Shown here: piece after piece, positions 55,546-64,000 of the stretch
Position numbering within the stretch: position 1 is the first letter of the stretch
How the letters are laid out: each line of letters opens with the position of its first letter
Assembly: GCA_964016885.1 (NCBI GenBank)
Contig: OZ024745.1
Coordinates: 16,368,001 to 16,432,000 of the forward strand
Source: Eledone cirrhosa
Lineage: Eukaryota
Direction of reading: 5' to 3'
Length of the DNA stretch: 64,000 bases
Notes under the pieces: model-generated
The model's database searches: none
Seen by the model: only the letters and a program-made list of their open reading frames with translations
Told to the model about the DNA's origin: nothing
Made by a program: the position numbers and the translations under genes

Positions 55546-55883
55546 ATCCCCTTTTTAATGCAGATATATATTTACATTAATATATAAACTGTTGTAGTTT
55601 TCTACTAAAAAGAACATCTGTAGAAAATCAGAAAAAATGGAACGTACCTCTAGACAGTTCAAGTTATATTTGATAATAATAAGTATGGCGCCAGATAGAA
55701 AATTTCTTTCTACTAGAAGTTCCGGTTGAATTGTTAGACCCAGAATAATGTTCAATATCGTCAAAGATTTCTGACAAACCATTATTAATATATCAGCACT
55801 GGCCTTTTATTATCATTGTAAAGTTAGGCTTTTTCAGAAATTTAAATAAATGGGTGTCTGCGTGTTTCTGCGTGTGTGTGTAC

Positions 55884-55922
<39 letters not shown>

Positions 55923-55941
55923 TGTGTTTTTCTGCGTGTGC

Positions 55942-55988
<47 letters not shown>

Positions 55989-56560
55989 CAAACACACGCA
56001 GTAACACACAGACACACACACACATATATATATATATACATACATTCATACACACATATATATATATACACACACACCACACACACACAAATATATATAT
56101 TATTACTATTTTTAATCCTCGCTTGCTGCATTTTGATCAATATCTAAAAACACTTTTTGAAATTCTTACCCAATAAATATTTGAAAGTATGGTATATCAT
56201 TAAAGTTTCAGCTATTTCATTCGTGGTCGAAATTGCGTAAAATAAAGCACTAACTCAACGTGTGAATATTATATATCATTTCCACAATACTATAAACCAG
56301 TGTATTGGTTTATTGTTTTTATTCAAATTGTAGAAATATCTGAAGTGGTCTGGTTTCATTTTATTGCTTTATTCACACTCTGAATTATTTGAAACTGAAG
56401 CTAAAGTTTATATATATATTTCTGTGGTGAGACTATTTTGTTGGATAACCTTGCAAAACGGTAAAATGTGACCATATGATTAATTGTGTGTGTTGTAGAC
56501 GTCGCAGTTGAATGTAGTTTATTGCAGCGTGAGAAAACAATATATCAATACTATATGAAT

Positions 56561-56744
56561 AATTGTTTCTACTTTTGGCACAAGGCCAGCAATTACCCCA
56601 ATTTATTACTGGTGCTTTATTTTATCGACCCCGTAAGGATGAAGGCAAAGTTAACCTCGGCGGGATTTGAACTCAGACCATAAAGGGCCGTAACTCTTTG
56701 CTGCATAGCATTGCGCCCGACCCTCTACCAATACTGCCCATCCA
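56561..56744 (-). mobile_element. tRNA-derived SINE, near full length
   Basis: Reverse complement of 8838-9026. Confidence 0.9.
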
Positions 56745-57877
56745 TTGCCCTGGAATATGAATAATGTGCACTTAAAAGGAACGAAAATATCTGATAAAAT
56801 GGTGGTGGTCTGCGTCAGTAAACTTGGTGGTGATGCTAATGATGATGATGATGATGATGATTATGGGGAAGGATGCTCGGTCGGTTTCGAGGATGAGTAT
56901 TCAATTGCTCGATCAAATCGATTTCTAATTTGTGAATATAAGCATAAGTGGCTTGTATATTGTTAACGTAATCCCCAACCGGAATCAGCGTGACACAAAA
57001 TGTTACAAGGCTGAAACATTTAATTACATGTATAACACTGGCCAACAAATTACTCAAAAACAGACCTCAAACTTAGGTCAGCAGAAATAAAAGCAACGAA
57101 ATCATGGATGCCATATTTGAAAACAGCACCTCCAAATTAGCTAAAAACAACAACAAAACCTGTCAGCAAAAAGTGTGTTGACCAGCGTAATCTATACAAT
57201 GGACAACCACTGTTTCCGTTTATAATGTTAGTTCACGGCTATAGTAAAGATATTTTCCAATGATGGCACGCTGTTGATTCTGAAATAAACTTCTACAACC
57301 CTCAGCTATGTATACGACATGTACAGTAAAGTTTGTAAGATTTTCAATTTAAAATATTTTCCTCTCAGATGAAGGAAGAGTCGCAAAACATTTTCACTCC
57401 TCACTCCATTCAAACATATACAAATTCATGAACTTCACTGTTTAATGAGCATGCTGTTATGAGGCAAAAGCGGATTATGTTATAGAATATTGGAATATTA
57501 TTCTCTTATTCTTTTACTTGATCCAGTCAAGTGTGTTACACCGTTTTAAAGGTACTGAATCGATCATATCGGCTATATTACTTAATTCTACCAAGACAAG
57601 TCATTATTTTCTCTCGCTTTCTTACCAAACCGTTTATATATACATACATACATACATATATATATATATATATGTATGTATATATAAACGGTTATAGTGG
57701 TAGTAGACTGCTAGTTATAGTGGTAGTAGACTGACCTCCCTGCCTTTGCTTCTATCTTTACACACGGCACTGGACGGAATTGATTCCACATCATTTATTC
57801 TCATCTCGGGAACAATTTTGAATAGCGCCAGTTCGTAATTTGAACTCGAGAATTTTATATTCTCCGAGTGAAAAGAT

Positions 57878-57962
57878 CCTTCTGACGAGATTTTATCTTT
57901 GCAATGGATGGCCGTAAGGACTGTTCATTTATTTTTGAGACTCGAAACCGATTCGGTAAAGG
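57878..57962 (+). ncRNA. Type I hammerhead, canonical core with G10.1-C11.1
   Basis: cctt CTGACGA ga.tttta..aatggatgg/ctgttcatt..tgaga.tc GAAA CCG-att-CGG TA aagg. Confidence 0.8.
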
Positions 57963-58032
57963 TAACCAGAGTGAGTACAGTTAATCTTTTAAAATTTATT
58001 TTGAAACTTTTTCTTATTTGCTAAACCTTGAT

Positions 58033-58077
<45 letters not shown>

Positions 58078-59367
58078 ATCAAATTTAACTCACAAGGCGT
58101 TGGTAAAGCTGCAGCAACAGTAAAAATACTTTGCAGTAATTTGTAACTAAAATGTGTACTTAGGAATTTAGTTATATCAAACCAAGTGGAGGAGGAGAAA
58201 GTGTAAAAGAGAAGGCTAAGTGTAAAACTCAAGATTATACCCCTTGTTGGCAAATAGTTGTGAACATCTGAGCCAGAGGAAGTTATACCAAGTGAAACAA
58301 TATACAGAGGAGTGATTTATTTTTGCTTGTATAAGAAAATATACATCCATTTACTATAAAAACGGAAACAAAATTAAATTGACTTAGAAACTCCATTTTA
58401 CTTACCGAGTAATATATTAATATAATTATGAAAGATTATTTTCAATAAGATATCCTTTTAAAGGATATATTTCAACTACACTCTTTTATAACTAATAGGT
58501 AGAATATAGGAAGTAATCGTTACTATGTTTAAGAGGTTCTCTTGCTAAATAACTTTCACTTAAGATACAATCTGAAAGAAGTAGGTTTTTCAGTTCACAC
58601 AATCAAGATAAATTGTATCATTACAATAAAAGTTAAGTATATATTATTTCTCTTATGATTTTTGTTAACACATTTCTTAAAATTAATTCTATCCGTTTAA
58701 TAGAAAAGAAGAGGAGAAATATTTTGATTCTAAATTAGAATTATATAAATTGGAATGCAGACGTGAGAATTCTCTTTGTCAGTTTGTCATTGATTTTAAA
58801 TTATAGAACTTCCGTTACAATTTTTATATAATATGATTATCAGAAACATCAAGCCAACAAAGTTATTTGAAATATTCATAAACTGTTTAAACATTGGGTA
58901 ATATACAGATAAAGATTTAGTGTTATAACATCATAAAATTATTCCATATCATGAAATATCTCAAAGCAGACGATTATTAAATGGAAGTGAAACACCTTTT
59001 ACACCTATGTCTCAGTGCATATAAACACCACTCATAAAATATTTGTTTATCTCTTTTATTATTAGCTAAATCTGTTTTTATATTTGTCTTTGATCATTGT
59101 ATTTGATACCATCTCCTATAATTCTGTTTGATATCTCACTCCGACCATTGTTGCAATAGTTTTAATACATAGGGGTGAAAGTGATTACGATTACCTTTAT
59201 GGTGTCATTTATTTCAATATCAACTTATGGTAAATATTTGAACTGTGACAGATGCCATCGAGCCGGAAATAACTAAACTATTTTCCAAGTAATAGTTTGC
59301 GACACTTTCATGTATCACCGCATGAAAAATATTGGAAAATATTTTCTAAGTTCTCAGTTATATATTA

Positions 59368-59545
59368 AGGGTTGTAGATTGGCAGAATCGCTCGGTCATC
59401 GAACAAAGGTTCAAATCCAGCCATGATAAACATGGCTTTTTACTTTATTTGGGTTGATTGAATAAAGTAAAATCAAATGTTGCGGTTTGTATAATTGGTT
59501 GATCCCTTTTCCCAAAACTTGAGGCCTTTTGCCTATGTAAGACAT
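59368..59545 (+). mobile_element. tRNA-derived SINE, highly degenerate
   Basis: TGGCAGAATCG A-box-like, GGTTCAAATCC B box, weak core. Confidence 0.5.
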
Positions 59546-60499
59546 CAATATAGATAAAAAGATATTTACGAAATATAGTAAAATATATATTCATTGAGAA
59601 TATTGGTAGTCACTATATTGTTGTTGTTGTTGTTTCTTAGCCTCAGGTAAGACCTGATTGAACTGATGTGTGTTGAAGGGGATATCAATGTTCTAATAGT
59701 TATCGAAAATATATCAGTATTCATGAAGTTATTGTGATCAAAGATCTATCAATTTGGTTGTAGTGATAGATATCTCAATTATGTGGTAGTAGTAGCGATC
59801 AAACAGGCCTGTCATCAAATATCTATCAGTTACTTCGTAGTTATGTAATCGAAGATATATCAGTTGTATGTGTTGTGTGATCAAGAAGGTGTTCTAGCTG
59901 CTATCCATTCTGTCTTAGTCACATGACCTGGCATAGCTGAGTATAGAAGAGTATGTATTGGGAAATGTAGACAAATAATTTTCTTAATGTGATCACAGTA
60001 AAAATTGTCAAAAGCTAGGTTCGTCAGAAGGCTGAACTATAAAATTGAAAATATTTTATATGAAAGAATAGGCCACACGCAGAATACAGCCAGAGCATTA
60101 AATATTCGGACAGAGGTTCTGTTAACATACAATAGATTATTTACATGTAGGTTGGGATTTAAATGACGTATAGTGTTGACTGGATTTCAGTATGCAACAG
60201 TATACAAGCATAACATATAAATATATATATGAGTTACAAATGTTTATTGACAAATAAAAAAGATCTATTTCCCTAACAACTTAGATTCTGTTACCGAATA
60301 TTTCTTGAAGTAAATTATACATAATTGTAATTTCTATGAATGAGAAATAAAACAATACACTATTTCAACATCTATCGATGATTGTCAAGTAATGTAAAGA
60401 TTGTTAAATAAAATAAAGATTGGTAAAGAACGCACGCTATGATACCTACTGTATTGATTGCTTGGAAGGGAATTTTACGTAAACTGCATATTTAAATTA

Positions 60500-60640
60500 T
60501 GGGCTATGGGCACTGTCTCTTCCTAGTCACGGAGAGCCAGTGGAGGCCATGGGCACTGCACCTTCCACAGTCTCAGAGAGCCAGATGTGTCTATGGGCAC
60601 TGTCCCTCTCAGTTTCGGACAGCCAGTCGAGTCCATGGGC
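60500..60640 (+). repeat. About 43-bp minisatellite, about 3 units
   Basis: YATGGGCACTG..CAGT..GAGAGCCAG repeated. Confidence 0.8.
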
Positions 60641-61880
60641 CCCCACCTTATTAAGAAAAAAACAAATAATAGAGATTTACTATTTTGTGATAATATGGAA
60701 CATTGTTGTCATCTATCGAATTGTTCCAAAATCATGCTCACCCTCTCTAATGTTTTCTACATACACAAAATTACTTGTGATGATGATGATGTTGATGATA
60801 ATGAAGATAATAGATCCTCCGTTGGTTTCTACGATGAGCATTAACTTGTTCGATGAAGGTGTAAGATAGTTAGTGATCCACAGACACGTGTACCCTAATC
60901 CTAACCCTAACTTGATTCCCAGACCGTATGTATCAACGAGACACAATATATGACAAGCCTGAAACCTTGAATTACAAGTACAGTGAAGCTGACAGTCTTC
61001 CATACATTCTCCGTCTACTCAATTTAAATCACAAGCCTTAGGTCAGCCCGAAGCTAAGGTAAATAATATTCCCCAAAACGAGATGAAGTATGATCGAACT
61101 CTGAACCTCATTCAACCAAGTTGGTGATATTGACACATGAATATAATATACCGGAGCCCCAGAAACGTTCAGGATCAAATAAATAGAGACAAAGGATTAG
61201 CATAGTATACAATGATCATATGTATTGCATAAGTACCATTATTTATCTAAAACGGAATATAACTAAAAAAACAGATAGCTATCAATAATATATGTTCGAA
61301 ATTCTAAGAAATTATCTTAATATTTGACTGAAAATACACTAGAGAGCAGTTGCAGATATTTATAACTGAATTGATTCTAGTTACCAAAATTTCGAACGAA
61401 AATTAAATACATTATATATCTCATATTGTCTAAACAATTTCAAAAATATATCTATATATACAAGATGTACATTTAAACCTCGTCTCACGCTGTATCTGCA
61501 GAGGACGCAAAATTGATGCCAAATACCCAGCGGCATGAAACTCAATTCAGACTGAAATCTATCTTTCCATAGTTTAAAATGATTATTTCCATTTCATGAG
61601 ATACTTTCGTAAATGTTTCCAGTCAATTTATAAAGCAAGTAATCTAAGTAAGGTGATATTCTCACTCAATTAATTTACCATGTTCAACAATGGCCAGCCA
61701 GTATAGTAGCTGATTGACGTATTCTAAGTAGCTCTGGTAACAATATTATATTATATATCGATAACAGCAACACGAATAATAATCTAATGTAATATTCAGA
61801 TTTAACCCTATCTATATATATATATTCAAGCAGACATATATACATCCGCACATACTGATACATACACACATATATGTATA

Positions 61881-61941
<61 letters not shown>

Positions 61942-62055
61942 ATGTATCAGCATGGACATAAAAGTATCACTATAAACAAGAAATAAAAAGAGAATATTTG
62001 ATTAAGTTATTTAGCTGAAATTTCAAATATTGAAAGTTTCATAACTACACCTCAT

Positions 62056-62170
<115 letters not shown>

Positions 62171-62238
62171 GAGTATATATATAATTCAAGAGATAAGAGT
62201 AACATGGTTGTCTGTACAATAATGGCTTTATTCACAGT

Positions 62239-62345
62239 GCTGACAATTGTTTCGTTGATCTGGTAGGTCTAGAGTTCGCTAATCGCTAGATGTTGCGTCA
62301 ATCGAACTCCAATACTTTGTTTATAACCAGTTAATTCATCAGAGC
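62239..62345 (-). ncRNA. Type I hammerhead with long helix II (family D), intact core
   Basis: gct CTGATGA a-ttaactggt...accagatcaa-c GAAA C-AATT-G TC agc..AATAAA. Confidence 0.8.
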
Positions 62346-62376
62346 GAGCGAATGAGTATATACATATATATATATA

Positions 62377-63149
<773 letters not shown>

Positions 63150-63454
63150 GTTATAGATGTTAATGTTGTTGTTTACAAACTGAATGAGAGATTGAGAGAT
63201 ACAATCAACAAATTAAGCAGAAGTATTTATATAGTGAAAAGCAGACAGACATAGATAGAACCGGTTGTTATATATATAGTATTAGTTATACTATTTATGG
63301 TTATGTAAATGTAATCTCGAAGTGTGTACTGCCACTCTAAATTCTTTAATGAATGTTGACCCACAATGTTTGAATATGTATCAATGTTTGAATATGTATC
63401 GGTATGTCTCTCGGCTGAAAACGAGGTCATATAACTGTCCATGCATTAATAAAT

Positions 63455-63501
63455 TGCTCCGAAGAATCCAAACCTCGGTTTGGAGGAAACAGCTGTAAGC
63501 A
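63455..63501 (+). ncRNA. Hammerhead variant (CCGAAGA core), family E pseudo-LTR
   Basis: tgct CCGAAGA a-tccaaacc-tc-ggtttgga-g GAAA C-AGCT-G TA agca. Confidence 0.75.
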
Positions 63502-63917
63502 CAATAATGTTTTGAACAGTTCTTTGATTCTTATATTTCATATATATATATATATATATTTGTATAATGTATGTAAATATATATATTGAGCGAGAGAAAT
63601 TACACTAAAAAGCTCTAAACATATTTTCTAAAAAACGCATTTATATTAACGATTGTCTTAATTAATTTTACTCTTAAACTACTTCAACTGGCAACTAATT
63701 GAGTATTTCCTAAATTATGTAAAGTACTCATATATTCCGTTTTTTTCCTGAATTAAACGAAAAATTTTATTTCACTCACAAAGTTTCTAAAATGTATCTG
63801 ACCAAGCAAAGTCTGTGTGTATAATTGTGAATGTTTGATAATATTTGTGTGTATGTATGTGAGCGTTTAGTAATTTTCATGTACATGTATGTGAGGATTT
63901 ATCTCCATGTATGTGAG

Positions 63918-63972
63918 CAGGATTGAATTTAGACCTTGGAGGGCCCTTTGTCTCCCATTAAATCCGGTCCTG
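63918..63972. mobile_element. 55-bp hAT-like mini-MITE
   Basis: TIRs CAGGATTGAATTTA / TAAATCCGGTCCTG; TSD TATGTGAG / TATGTGAA (7 of 8). Confidence 0.7.
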
Positions 63973-64000
63973 TATGTGAATGTTTGGTAACGTTTGTGTG

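Noticed and set aside
60892-60912. Telomere-like CCCTAA repeats
   Set aside because: Only about three imperfect units; not evidence of a telomere or healing site

Overview
AT-rich, microsatellite-saturated eukaryotic non-genic DNA, most likely cephalopod (Octopus-like; inferred from SINE type and repeat landscape, not proven). No intact host gene was found, and nearly all ORF-track entries are (TA)n/(CA)n/(TATG)n artefacts. The window is a patchwork of decayed mobile elements: two Penelope-like (PLE, RT + GIY-YIG) remnants, RTE, CR1 and R4/Dong-like LINE ends, a bipartite non-autonomous RTE derivative, tRNA-derived SINEs, two Helitrons and several MITEs. The main result, from folding by eye, is about 20 type I hammerhead ribozyme motifs in more than 10 short PLE pseudo-LTR-like families, mostly next to (TA)n tracts and often as inverted pairs. 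They show recurrent non-canonical features: a 10.1-11.1 mismatch, U4C/U4A cores, very long branched helix II and palindromic mini helix III. At least seven otherwise unalignable families also share a 3' stem-loop (RCUC/GAGY helix, 2-nt bulge, U-A-opened upper helix). All structures are manual predictions, and element boundaries are approximate unless TSD/TIR coordinates are given.
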